From assembly GCA_964228555.1 (NCBI GenBank), contig CAXQZU010000040.1, positions 47,511 to 111,510 of the forward strand: DNA of 64,000 bases, given 5' to 3'. The notes under the pieces are model-generated. The model had not been told where the DNA came from. It searched no databases and saw only the letters and a program-made list of their open reading frames with translations. The position numbers and the translations under genes were made by a program. Each line of letters starts with the position of its first letter. The first letter of the stretch is position 1. Below, piece after piece: positions 9,948 to 18,416 of the stretch. Source of the DNA: Planctomycetota bacterium. GTDB taxonomy: Bacteria; Planctomycetota; PLA2; JAEUHO01.

Positions 9948-11465
9948 CTAGGCCGTCCGTGCGCCCACTGCACCCGCGCCGCCAGCCCTGGCGGCGCGCA
10001 GGCGCAGGGCCTCGCGGACCTCGGTCACGTCGTCGAAGGGGAGCTTGGTGCTCCCCACGATCTGGTAGTCCTCGTGGCCCTTGCCGGCCACGAGCACGCT
10101 GGCACCGTCCGGCGCCTCGAGCACGGCGCGGCGGATGGCCTCGCGCCGGTCCGGCACCACGAGGGCGCGGGCTTGCTGGGTCGCGTCGAGGCCGGCCAGC
10201 ATCTCGGCCAGGATGGCCTGCGGGTCCTCGGTGCGCGGGTTGTCGCTGGTGAAGACGACGCGGTCCGCCTGCTCGCAGGCCACGCGGGCCATGCGCGGGC
10301 GCTTGGTCCGGTCGCGGTCGCCGCCGCACCCCACCACGCAGGCGAGCGGACGCGCGCCCACGTCGCGCAGGAAGCCCAGCACCTGGCGCAGTGACTCCTC
10401 GGTGTGCGCGTAGTCCACGAACACGTGCAGGCCAGCCCCGTCCACGCGCTCGAGGCGGCCGCGCACGCCCTGCAGCGCGCTGGCCCCGGCGGCCGCGCGC
10501 AGGGGATCGACGCCCAGCGCCATCGCCGCCCCCACCGCGGCCAGCAGGTTGAGCACGTTGTGGCGCCCCACCAGCGAGGTGTGCACCGGCTGCTCGCGAC
10601 CGCCCACGCACAGGCGGAAGCGGCTGGAGGCCGCCGACAGCTCCAGGCCCTCGAAGCGCAGGTCGGCCCCTGCCGCGGCACCGTAGGTGAGCACGCGCGC
10701 GCGGCAGCCAGAGGCCATCGCAGCAGAGGCCGCATCGTCGCGGTTGAGCACCGCGGTGGCTCCGCTGCCCAGGCCCCGGAACAGCAGGGCCTTGGCGTCA
10801 CGGTAGGCGTCGAGCGTCTTGTGGTAGTCGAGGTGGTCGCTGGCCAGGTTGGTGAACACGCCGGCCCGGAAGTCGAGCCCGGCCGTGCGCCCCTGGTGCA
10901 GGGCATGGCTGGACACCTCCATCACGGCGCTGTCGCATCCGTGCGCCCGCGCGCGCGCCAGGAGGCGGCGCAGCTCGAGCACGCCCGGCGTGGTGTTGCT
11001 GGCGGGCTCGGGGCGGCCGTCGCCCAGGTCGTAGGCGATGGTCCCGATCACGGCCGGGCGGCGGCCGGCGGCGCGCAACGCGGCAGCCACCAGCATGCTG
11101 GTCGTGGTCTTGCCCTTGGTGCCCGTGATGCCCACGAGGTCCATGCCGGCCTGCGGCGTGCCGTGCCAGGCATCGGCGGCCACCCGCAAGGCGGTGGCGG
11201 CCTCGGCCACGCGCAGCACGGGCAGGCCGGGCAGGGCATCCTGCGCCACCACGAGCACCGCACCGCGCGCCACGGCGTCGCGGGCATAGGCCACGCCATC
11301 CTCGCGGCTGCCGGCGCGCGCGAGGAACACGTCGCCTCGGCCCGCCTGGCGCGAGTCGTCGCACAGGCCCGACAGCGCCGTGGCGGGCGCCACGCCCTCC
11401 AGCGAGCCGCCCAGCAGGCGCGCGAGGTCGGCGGCGGTGGCCGGACGGGAGGCGGGCGCGCTCAC
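9948..11465 (-). CDS. murE: UDP-MurNAc-dipeptide--meso-DAP ligase
   Basis: GITGTKGKTTT, MEVSSHAL, DHLDYH, VDYAHT, DNPR (the meso-DAP-specific motif), AGKGHEDYQ; GTG start overlaps the ftsI stop. Confidence 0.95.
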   Translation of the reverse strand: MSAPASRPATAADLARLLGGSLEGVAPATALSGLCDDSRQAGRGDVFLARAGSREDGVAYARDAVARGAVLVVAQDALPGLPVLRVAEAATALRVAADAWHGTPQAGMDLVGITGTKGKTTTSMLVAAALRAAGRRPAVIGTIAYDLGDGRPEPASNTTPGVLELRRLLARARAHGCDSAVMEVSSHALHQGRTAGLDFRAGVFTNLASDHLDYHKTLDAYRDAKALLFRGLGSGATAVLNRDDAASAAMASGCRARVLTYGAAAGADLRFEGLELSAASSRFRLCVGGREQPVHTSLVGRHNVLNLLAAVGAAMALGVDPLRAAAGASALQGVRGRLERVDGAGLHVFVDYAHTEESLRQVLGFLRDVGARPLACVVGCGGDRDRTKRPRMARVACEQADRVVFTSDNPRTEDPQAILAEMLAGLDATQQARALVVPDRREAIRRAVLEAPDGASVLVAGKGHEDYQIVGSTKLPFDDVTEVREALRLRAARAGGAGAVGARTA

Positions 11466-13285
11466 GGGCGGCCCTCCGCAGCCACGGCCTCGCCCCGGTC
11501 CGGCGCCACGCCCAGGTAGGGCAGGCTGCGGTCCAGGATCTTGCGCACGGCCGGCGCCGACACGCGGCCGCCGCTGCCTTGCTGGCTGCGGCGCGTCACC
11601 GCGCTCACCAGCACCACCAGCCTCGGCGCATTCGCCGGGGCGTAGCCCACGAACGAGCACACGTGCTGCGTCTCGGCGTGGATCACCGCCGTGCCCGTCT
11701 TGCCCGCGGCGCTGAAGGGCGAGCCCTTGAAGGCGCTGGCCGCGGTGCCCGTCTCCACGCAGCCCACGAGGCCCTGCCGCACCATGCCCAGCAGGTGCGG
11801 CGGGCAGATGGGCTCGCCCGGCGTCACGGGCGAGACGGTGTCCAGCATGAGGGTCGGGCGCGCCGCGCGGGCATCGGCGCGCGCGAAGGCCGTGAAGGCC
11901 GAGGCGAGGCGGATCGGCGTCATCGTCAGCGCATGACCGAAGCCGCTGCGCAGGAAGTCCGAGCGGCCGCGCATGCGGTGCGCCTTGCCCCAGCACACCT
12001 CGTGCGGCAGCTCGAGCCCGGTGGGCTGGTCCAGCCCCAGCCACGTGAACATGCCCTGCAGCGCGGGCCCGCCCATCCAGTCCGCCAGCCAGGCGGCGCC
12101 GGTGTTGCTCGACTCCGACAGCAGGCGTGCGAGGTCGCCATCGCCCACGAAGTGCGTGTCGCTGATGGCCTTGCGGTCGCCGGGAAAGTGCACGCTCAAC
12201 GGCATCGGGACCACCGTGCTGGGCGGCAGGCCCTGGCGCAGCGCCCAGGCCACCGTGAAGGGCTTGAACACGCTGCCCGGCTCGTAGAGGCCTCGGATGG
12301 GCAGGTTGGAAGAGGGCACGCGCGCGCCCGTGGACGGGTCGCAGGCCCGGCTGGCCATGGCGAGGACCTGGCCCGTGCCCGGGTCCAGCACCACCGCGCA
12401 GGCCTGGAACGGCTTCCACGCCGCCACCAGCGCATCCATCTCGCGCTCCACGTGGTGCTGCAGCACCACGTCCAGCGTCAGGCGTACGTCGCGCCCCGCC
12501 AGCAGGTCGCGGTCGAAGAGCGGCTCGTCGGCCAGCATGCGCGCCTTGCCGTCGCGGCTGACCGTCACGCTCAGCTGCCCGGGATAGAGGTGCCGGTCCA
12601 GCAGGCCCTCCACGCCCTCGCCCTGCCCGGCCTGGCCGCCTTGCGGGACGGGCACGCCGATCACGTGCATGGCGTAGTCGCCGTTGGGGTAGGCGCGCCG
12701 CTCGACCACGCGCACCTTGAGCGGGCGCATGTCGCGCTGGTCCGCCGCGTCGTCGAGGCCCGCCACCACGCGCGGCTCGCTCACGTAGGGCACGAGCACG
12801 AGGTGGCGTACCCCCGTGCGCATCCATCGCAGGCCCAGCGGGCCGGCCAGCACGCGGCGCTCGCCCCGGGCCTGCTCCAGGCGGCGCTGGAGCACGCCGG
12901 CCGTCAGGCGGTCGTCGTCCAGCGTGGCGGCCAGCTGGGCGCAGAAGGCGGGCAGGCGGTCCTCGGGCAGCACCTGCGGGTCAGGATCCACCGCCACCTC
13001 GCGGCCGAAGGCGCTGGTGGCCAGCAGCCTGCCGTGGCGGTCGAGGATGCGGCCGCGCACGCCGGCCAGCGTCATGCGCGCGGCATGGCGCCGGTTGGCC
13101 TGCTCGCGCATGGAGGGTCCCCGCACCAGCTGGAACCACGCGAAGCGCATCATCATGGCAGCCAGCAGCAGGAGCAGGATGCCGAAGAGGGTGTTCGTGC
13201 GCCACACGCGCACCACCTCGATCGTGCGGCGGGCCTCCCCGACGGGGATGGCGCGGGGCGGGGCGAGGGCGGGACGGCTCCTCAT
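11462..13285 (-). CDS. ftsI: class B penicillin-binding protein (FtsI/PBP3-like)
   Basis: N-terminal TM, RGRILDRHG, SVFK (SxxK), SSN (SxN), KTGTA; ATG overlaps the ftsL stop. Confidence 0.93.
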   Translation of the reverse strand: MRSRPALAPPRAIPVGEARRTIEVVRVWRTNTLFGILLLLLAAMMMRFAWFQLVRGPSMREQANRRHAARMTLAGVRGRILDRHGRLLATSAFGREVAVDPDPQVLPEDRLPAFCAQLAATLDDDRLTAGVLQRRLEQARGERRVLAGPLGLRWMRTGVRHLVLVPYVSEPRVVAGLDDAADQRDMRPLKVRVVERRAYPNGDYAMHVIGVPVPQGGQAGQGEGVEGLLDRHLYPGQLSVTVSRDGKARMLADEPLFDRDLLAGRDVRLTLDVVLQHHVEREMDALVAAWKPFQACAVVLDPGTGQVLAMASRACDPSTGARVPSSNLPIRGLYEPGSVFKPFTVAWALRQGLPPSTVVPMPLSVHFPGDRKAISDTHFVGDGDLARLLSESSNTGAAWLADWMGGPALQGMFTWLGLDQPTGLELPHEVCWGKAHRMRGRSDFLRSGFGHALTMTPIRLASAFTAFARADARAARPTLMLDTVSPVTPGEPICPPHLLGMVRQGLVGCVETGTAASAFKGSPFSAAGKTGTAVIHAETQHVCSFVGYAPANAPRLVVLVSAVTRRSQQGSGGRVSAPAVRKILDRSLPYLGVAPDRGEAVAAEGRP

Positions 13286-13551
13286 CGGCGCCCCCGCGCG
13301 GCCGGCGTCTCGCGCGGCGTCGTGGCGACGGGCGCCCCACCCTCCAGCTCCGTGAGCAGGCTGCGCGGCGAGGCCAGCGCCGACACCTCGGCCTGCGCGT
13401 CCAGCGTGCGGCGCTCGAGCAGCTGCAGCCGGCGCTCCATGCGCGGGATGTCGTACTGCAAGCGCCGCGACTCGCTCTGCTCCTTGATGCCGGCGAGAGC
13501 GGTGGCCACCACCGCCAGCGCCACTGCGATCGTCGTCGCCCAACGCGTCAT
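13282..13551 (-). CDS. ftsL: FtsL-like small membrane coiled-coil protein
   Basis: MTRWATTIAVALAVVATALAGI TM, a heptad region, then LASP; sits between rsmH and ftsI with ATGA overlaps on both sides. Confidence 0.7.
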   Translation of the reverse strand: MTRWATTIAVALAVVATALAGIKEQSESRRLQYDIPRMERRLQLLERRTLDAQAEVSALASPRSLLTELEGGAPVATTPRETPAARGRR

Positions 13552-14543
13552 GCCTGCGTCCCGCTCCCTTCGTCCTGCGTCCCGTGCCCTGCGTCCCGGC
13601 CCGCACCCTGGCCCCCACCGACCGTCCCGCCGCCCACCGACCTCTCGAAGACGCGCAACCGCGCGGGCCGTGCCCGCGGGTTGTGCTGCTCCTCCTGCTC
13701 GCTCGACCGGATGGGCTTGCGCGTCACCACCACGCCCTGTCCCGTGCGCTGCGCACCACGGAACGCCTCCTTCACCGCGCGCTCCTCGCCGCTGTGGAAG
13801 CAGATCACCAGCAGCCGCCCGCCCGGGGCCAGCGCCGCCAGCGCCGCGGCCAGGCCCCGCGCCAGGTGCCCCGGCTCGTCGTTCACCCACATGCGCAACG
13901 CCTGGAACGAGCGTGTGGCCGGGTCGATGCGCCCGCGGCGCAGCGCGCTGCCGCGGATGGCCGCGGCCAGCTGCTCCACGCTGCGGAAGGGGCGCCCACG
14001 GACCAGCGCACGCGCCACGGCGCGGGCCCGCACCTCGCCGCCGTACTCGAAGAGCACGCGTGCGAGGTCCTCCTCGCGCGCATGGTTGACGAGGTCGGCC
14101 GCGGTGGATCCCTCCTCCGTGGCATCGAAGCGCATGTCCGGGGCGGCCGCGCCGCCGCGGAACGAGAAGCCTCGCTCCGCCCTGTCCAGCTGCAGCGAGG
14201 AGACACCGAGGTCGAGCAGCACGGCCCGGGGCGCCGGCCAGCCGGCAGCGGCAAGCGCCTCGGCCAGCGTGGCATAGGAGCCGTGCACCAGCCGTGCGCG
14301 CGCGCCGAAGCGCGCGAGCCGCTGCCCCGCCAGCGCCAGCGCCTGCGGGTCACGGTCCATGCCCAGCAGCCGCGCGTGCGGGAAGGCCTCGAGGATGGCC
14401 TCGGCATGGCCGCCGAGGCCCACGGTGCCATCCACCACGACAGCGCCCGGTTGTTCCAAGCCCTGCGCGTCGAGGTGCGCGAGCACCTCGGCGAGCAAGA
14501 CCGGTCGATGGAGATGGGAAAGATCGTCAGCGGCCGGGCACAT
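13548..14543 (-). CDS. rsmH: 16S rRNA m4C1402 methyltransferase
   Basis: HRPVLLAE, DGTVGLGGH, DLGVSSLQLD..RGFSF, ATRSFQALRM.VN.E, NPRAR. Confidence 0.95.
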   Translation of the reverse strand: MCPAADDLSHLHRPVLLAEVLAHLDAQGLEQPGAVVVDGTVGLGGHAEAILEAFPHARLLGMDRDPQALALAGQRLARFGARARLVHGSYATLAEALAAAGWPAPRAVLLDLGVSSLQLDRAERGFSFRGGAAAPDMRFDATEEGSTAADLVNHAREEDLARVLFEYGGEVRARAVARALVRGRPFRSVEQLAAAIRGSALRRGRIDPATRSFQALRMWVNDEPGHLARGLAAALAALAPGGRLLVICFHSGEERAVKEAFRGAQRTGQGVVVTRKPIRSSEQEEQHNPRARPARLRVFERSVGGGTVGGGQGAGRDAGHGTQDEGSGTQA

Positions 14544-14549
14544 GCCGGC

Positions 14550-14987
14550 CTAGCCCGCGGGGTCGGCATCGGTCGGCTCGCCGACCGGGTCGCCATCGCC
14601 CACGTGCTTCTCCCAGCGCTCTGGGTCCCAGAGCTCCAGGTAGGTGTTCAGGCCCGCCACGCGAACGACGCGCGTGGGGAAGAAGGTCGCGATGAAACGC
14701 TTGGGCAGCGTGATGCGGCCCGGGCCCTTGAGCTCGACTTCCTCGGCGCGCTCGAAGAAGCGGCGCTTGCGCGTGGGATCGCCCTCGAAGCGGTTGGGCA
14801 CCTGCTCGCGCGCCATCTCCGCGTACACGCTGGCGGGATAGGCCTCGATGCACAGCTTGTCCTCGGTGGGCACGAGGTAGAGGCGGCCCTCGCTGTGCTT
14901 CTGGATCGCCTCGGCGAACGCAGCGGGGATCACCACACGGTCCTTGCCGTCGAGGCGGTGATCGCGATGACCGGTGAAGGGACGCAT
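14550..14987 (-). CDS. mraZ: division/cell-wall cluster transcriptional regulator MraZ
   Basis: FTG..HRLDGKDRVVIPA and GRITLP repeats, YLELW; first gene of the dcw cluster. Confidence 0.9.
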   Translation of the reverse strand: MRPFTGHRDHRLDGKDRVVIPAAFAEAIQKHSEGRLYLVPTEDKLCIEAYPASVYAEMAREQVPNRFEGDPTRKRRFFERAEEVELKGPGRITLPKRFIATFFPTRVVRVAGLNTYLELWDPERWEKHVGDGDPVGEPTDADPAG

Positions 14988-15014
14988 GGGCCGTGTCGGC
15001 GCTCCGATGCCCCG

Positions 15015-15060
15015 ACTTTACACTCCATGACACCCCTTGCCAATAGCGAAATCTTGTCTG
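15015..15060 (-). promoter_or_regulatory. putative dcw promoter / MraZ-box region
   Basis: Locally AT-rich. On the minus strand GGGGTG and GGAGTG occur at 10-bp spacing upstream of mraZ, loosely like MraZ boxes. Confidence 0.3.
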
Positions 15061-15353
15061 ACACGGCGCACGCAAGATACTCGCCAGCAAGGCTTTGCGT
15101 TGTTCGCATGATGTTCGCTTTTGCGGCGTGACACCCGGTGCCCCTCGGCAGCGCCGGGGTCGGAGCGACCGAAACACCCGCCTGATGGGCTGGAAGGGCG
15201 CTGGTGACCGATCTGGCCCCCTGGAGCCGGCCACCCGCACCGCGTGGCCGCAGGACGGGCCCGGTACCGGCGCCAGCCTGCGCGACCCGGCGCCTCGTCC
15301 GCGGGGTCGGCCTTTGGCCCGCAGGCGGCCGCTGGGGCCGTAGCATCGCGCGT

Positions 15354-15457
15354 GGACGGTCACGCCCCGGTGGGTCGGTGCTGTCGAACCGGGTCAGGTC
15401 CGGAAGGAAGCATCCCTACGACTCCCCACCGATGTCTTCGGGTCTACGTGACCGTCC
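15354..15457 (+). ncRNA. ffs: signal recognition particle (4.5S) RNA
   Basis: Domain IV GGTCAGGTCCGGAAGGAAGCA; terminal stem GGACGGTCACG/CGTGACCGTCC; TAGCAT -10-like hexamer at 15341. Confidence 0.93.
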
Positions 15458-15458
15458 C

Positions 15459-15491
15459 TTCCTCGCCCTGCGCACGGCGCAGGGCGAGGAA
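15459..15491. terminator. hairpin between convergent ffs and tRNA-Ser (probable bidirectional terminator)
   Basis: Perfect 15-bp inverted repeat TTCCTCGCCCTGCGC-acg-GCGCAGGGCGAGGAA. Confidence 0.7.
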
Positions 15492-15553
15492 GCGCACGCG
15501 GCAGGGCCAGCTGCCCCGCGGCGAGCCTGCGGCCGGGCCGCAGGCAGGGAAAG

Positions 15554-15644
15554 TGGCGGAGAGGACAGGATTCGAACCTGCGATACGGGTTCGCCGTATA
15601 CGCGCTTTCCAAGCGCGCGCCTTCGACCGCTCGGCCACCTCTCC
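15554..15644 (-). tRNA. tRNA-Ser(GGA)
   Basis: GGAGAGG acceptor stem, anticodon arm CGCGC-TTGGAAA-GCGCG, long variable arm, GGTTCGAATCC, encoded CCA. Confidence 0.96.
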
Positions 15645-15786
15645 GCGCCAGGGGGTGGACACCCGAGCATAGCCAAGCCCACCCGCGGCGCCTCGATCCG
15701 GCGCGGCCCACCCACAGCAGGACCGGCACGCAGGCGGGCGCCGCAGCCAGCGCCCGGCGGGCCCGGGACGGCGGGCGGGCTGTGGA

Positions 15787-17295
15787 CTAGGGCCCGTGCC
15801 GGAAGAGGCCCGAGCCGGCCACCTGCAGCGCCGCCCGGAACAGGACCACGCCCGTGGCCACCGTGCGCGTGGCCTGCGGCGCGAAGGCCCCGAAGGTGTC
15901 GGCCATGCCCGGCACGGCCTGGCCGCTGCCGGCCAGCGTGAACAGCCCGCACGAGGGCACGATCCAGAACATGCCGCTGCTGCCGTCGGCCATCAGCGCC
16001 GCGCAGGCCATCGCGCCGTCCTGGCTCACGTCCGTGCACTGCGGAGCACGCAGCCCGGGGAACTGGTCCGTGAAGGTGGTGGCCGCGCCGTAGTCACTGG
16101 GGGCGCTGCGGCCCTCGTAGAGGCCCAGCAGCGGCTGCGTGGCACTGAAGGCGTAGGTGGCGCGGTCGCTGCTGGAGCCCAGGCCCAGCCGCTCGCCCAC
16201 GGCCTGCGGGTACTCGCACTGGGGCGCGCAGGCCAGCATGTCCAGCTCGCCGTAGGCACCGCCGCCCGGCGCCGCGAGGCCGCTGCGCGCCAGCCGCGTG
16301 TACGCCACGCTGCTGGAGCCCACCAGGATCACGTCGTCCGGCACGCTGCCGTTGCCCTGCGCCTTCCACACCACGCGCCCGTCGTCGTAGACCAGCAACG
16401 GGCCGCCGCCATGCACCTCCAGCACGTTGCCGCCCCCGGGCAGCGCATTGCCGTCCGACGCCACCTCGGCGTACGACGAGATGGACGGGGCTCCGATGTA
16501 GAGGCGGTCCTCGTACAGCCCCCCCACGTCGGCCACGAAGGCGAAGCGCCCTCCGTCGGCCGAGATGCCGAAGGCACGCAAGTCGTTGCACGTGACGGCC
16601 AGCGAGCCGTCCGGCAGCGTGTCGCCCGTGGCCACCAGCGAGTCGAGGCCATTGCCGTCCAGGCCCACGATCCACACGGCTTCCGTGCTGTCGCTCGTGA
16701 CGCCACCGGCGACGGCGCGGCCGTCCGCCAGCAGCCACAGGCGCCCCGTGTCGAGGCTGGCGAGCACGCCCGAGCTGCCGCTGCTGGCCGTGTCCTGCTG
16801 GTGCAGCAGCACCACGCGCTTGGTGCCCACCACGCCCCCGCTCACGCTGGAGGAGAGCAGCGCGAAGGTGCGGCCCCCGGTGTTGCCGGTCACGGCCACC
16901 AGCGCCAGCAGCTGCCCGGCCGCGTTCACGCGCACGCCCGTGAAGCCCCCGATCGTGCCGCCGCCGGCCGTGCCGGCCGGCAGCGACTCGCCCACGTGGA
17001 ACACGAGCACCACGGTGGCGTCGGGCTGCGCGACGAACACGCCCTGCGAGCGCGTCGCGTCGGTCGTGGCGCAGGCAAAGGCCGACCAGCCCCCCGCGGC
17101 GCAGTCCATGAGCATGCCGGGGTCGAAGGCGGCGTAGGCCCCGGCGGTGCCGGGTGCGGGCTGGCCCTGCACGGCCAGCGCGCGCAGGGTGCCCGGGCGG
17201 GTGCAGGGCGCGGGCTCGTCACCGCCGCCGCCGCCGCACGAGGCGCCCGACGAGGCCGCGACGAGGAGCAGCAGGCAGCGGAGCAACGAGCGCAT
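15787..17295 (-). CDS. putative surface lipoprotein with tandem repeats (NxxGxxAF / choice-of-anchor-like, probably beta-propeller)
   Basis: Signal peptide and ASC-GGGGG lipobox; repeating xx(G)xxxPG motifs (AVQGQPAPG, VATGDTLPDG, ASDGNALPGG, ARSGLAAPGG, AGSGQAVPG); VNAAGQ. Confidence 0.65.
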   Translation of the reverse strand: MRSLLRCLLLLVAASSGASCGGGGGDEPAPCTRPGTLRALAVQGQPAPGTAGAYAAFDPGMLMDCAAGGWSAFACATTDATRSQGVFVAQPDATVVLVFHVGESLPAGTAGGGTIGGFTGVRVNAAGQLLALVAVTGNTGGRTFALLSSSVSGGVVGTKRVVLLHQQDTASSGSSGVLASLDTGRLWLLADGRAVAGGVTSDSTEAVWIVGLDGNGLDSLVATGDTLPDGSLAVTCNDLRAFGISADGGRFAFVADVGGLYEDRLYIGAPSISSYAEVASDGNALPGGGNVLEVHGGGPLLVYDDGRVVWKAQGNGSVPDDVILVGSSSVAYTRLARSGLAAPGGGAYGELDMLACAPQCEYPQAVGERLGLGSSSDRATYAFSATQPLLGLYEGRSAPSDYGAATTFTDQFPGLRAPQCTDVSQDGAMACAALMADGSSGMFWIVPSCGLFTLAGSGQAVPGMADTFGAFAPQATRTVATGVVLFRAALQVAGSGLFRHGP

Positions 17296-17357
17296 GGCGA
17301 GGCCTCCCGGGGAGGCCTCCACGCTACACCGGCCCCTCGCCCGCGGCGGGCGCGCGG

Positions 17358-18416
17358 CTAGCGCAGCGAGTCGACGATCTCCTGCAGGGCGCTGGCCGGG
17401 GGCCGCACGCGCTGCATGGGCAGGGTGCCCAGGGGCTGGTCGACCGTGTGCAGCAGCCCATGCAGCGAGGGCTTGCCCGGCTCGAGGTAGAAGAGCCCCG
17501 TCAGGAACTCCTTGGCCGAGTCGGTCTCGCGCAGGATGCGCAGCGCAGCCGCCTTGTCACGCGGGTCGTGCGCATCGTCCACGCGGCGCACCAGCACCGA
17601 GGCGCCGTCCGGCAACGGCACCCGGATCGAGGCGTTGTCGTCGAACTGCACGTCCGGCGACTCCCACGAGGGCACGAAGCCCAGCTCGTGGATGGGGCCC
17701 TGGTGGTCGCGGCCGTAGTCGTACGACTTGGTGCTGCCCTCGTGGTTGTTGAAGGTCACGCACGGGCTCATCACGTCCAGCACCGCCGTGCCGTCGTAGG
17801 CGATGGCGGCCTTGAGCAGGGCCACCAGCTGCTTGCGGTCGGCCGAGAACGAGCGCGCCACGAAGCCGCAGCCCAGGTTGATGGCCATGGTGCACAGGTC
17901 CACGGGCGGCAGGTCGTTGACCTCGCCCGTCTTGAGCTTGCTGCCCTGGTCGGCCGTGGCGCTGAACTGGCCCTTCGTGAGCCCGTAGACGCCGTTGTTC
18001 TCGATCACGTACACGATCGGCACGTTGCGGCGCACCAGGTGCACGAACTGGCCCATGCCGATGGAGGCCGTGTCGCCGTCGCCCGACACGCCGATGGCCA
18101 CCAGCTTGCGGTTGGCCATCACGGCCCCCGTGGCCACGGAGGGCATGCGCCCGTGCACCGCGTTGAAGCCCCAGCCACGGCTGAGGAAGTACGCCGTCGT
18201 CTTCGACGAGCAGCCGATGCCCGACATCTTGGCCACGCGATGGGGCTCGACGCCCATCTCGTGGAAGGCCGAGGTGATGGCGTTGGTGATGACGTCGTGG
18301 CCGCAGCCCTTGCACAGCGTGCTGGGCAGGCCCTTGTAGTCGGCCACCGTCAGGCCGATGCGGTTCGTGTTGCCGCTGGGTGCGGGCTGGGCCGTCGTGG
18401 GACCTTGCGTGCTCAC
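17358..18416 (-). CDS. 2-oxoacid:ferredoxin oxidoreductase beta subunit
   Basis: LCKGCGH, SGIGCSSK, HGRM, GDGD...NNGVYGLTKGQ TPP-binding motif, SPCVTFN. Confidence 0.93.
   Translation of the reverse strand: MSTQGPTTAQPAPSGNTNRIGLTVADYKGLPSTLCKGCGHDVITNAITSAFHEMGVEPHRVAKMSGIGCSSKTTAYFLSRGWGFNAVHGRMPSVATGAVMANRKLVAIGVSGDGDTASIGMGQFVHLVRRNVPIVYVIENNGVYGLTKGQFSATADQGSKLKTGEVNDLPPVDLCTMAINLGCGFVARSFSADRKQLVALLKAAIAYDGTAVLDVMSPCVTFNNHEGSTKSYDYGRDHQGPIHELGFVPSWESPDVQFDDNASIRVPLPDGASVLVRRVDDAHDPRDKAAALRILRETDSAKEFLTGLFYLEPGKPSLHGLLHTVDQPLGTLPMQRVRPPASALQEIVDSLR

Noticed and set aside
7092-10394. Very long alternative ORFs, for example 7092..10394, 38595..41420, 42024..45281, 50261..53632 and the 5' half of 24603..28550
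   Set aside because: They are antisense or off-frame shadows of clear genes. Stop codons are rare at this GC content and the translations carry no recognisable motifs.
9948-12827. Apparent long N-terminal fusions on MurE, MurG, SufC, SufS, Rrf2, SpoIIM and DUF4350
   Set aside because: The extensions overlap upstream genes in other frames. The true starts sit at stop-start overlaps or after an RBS.
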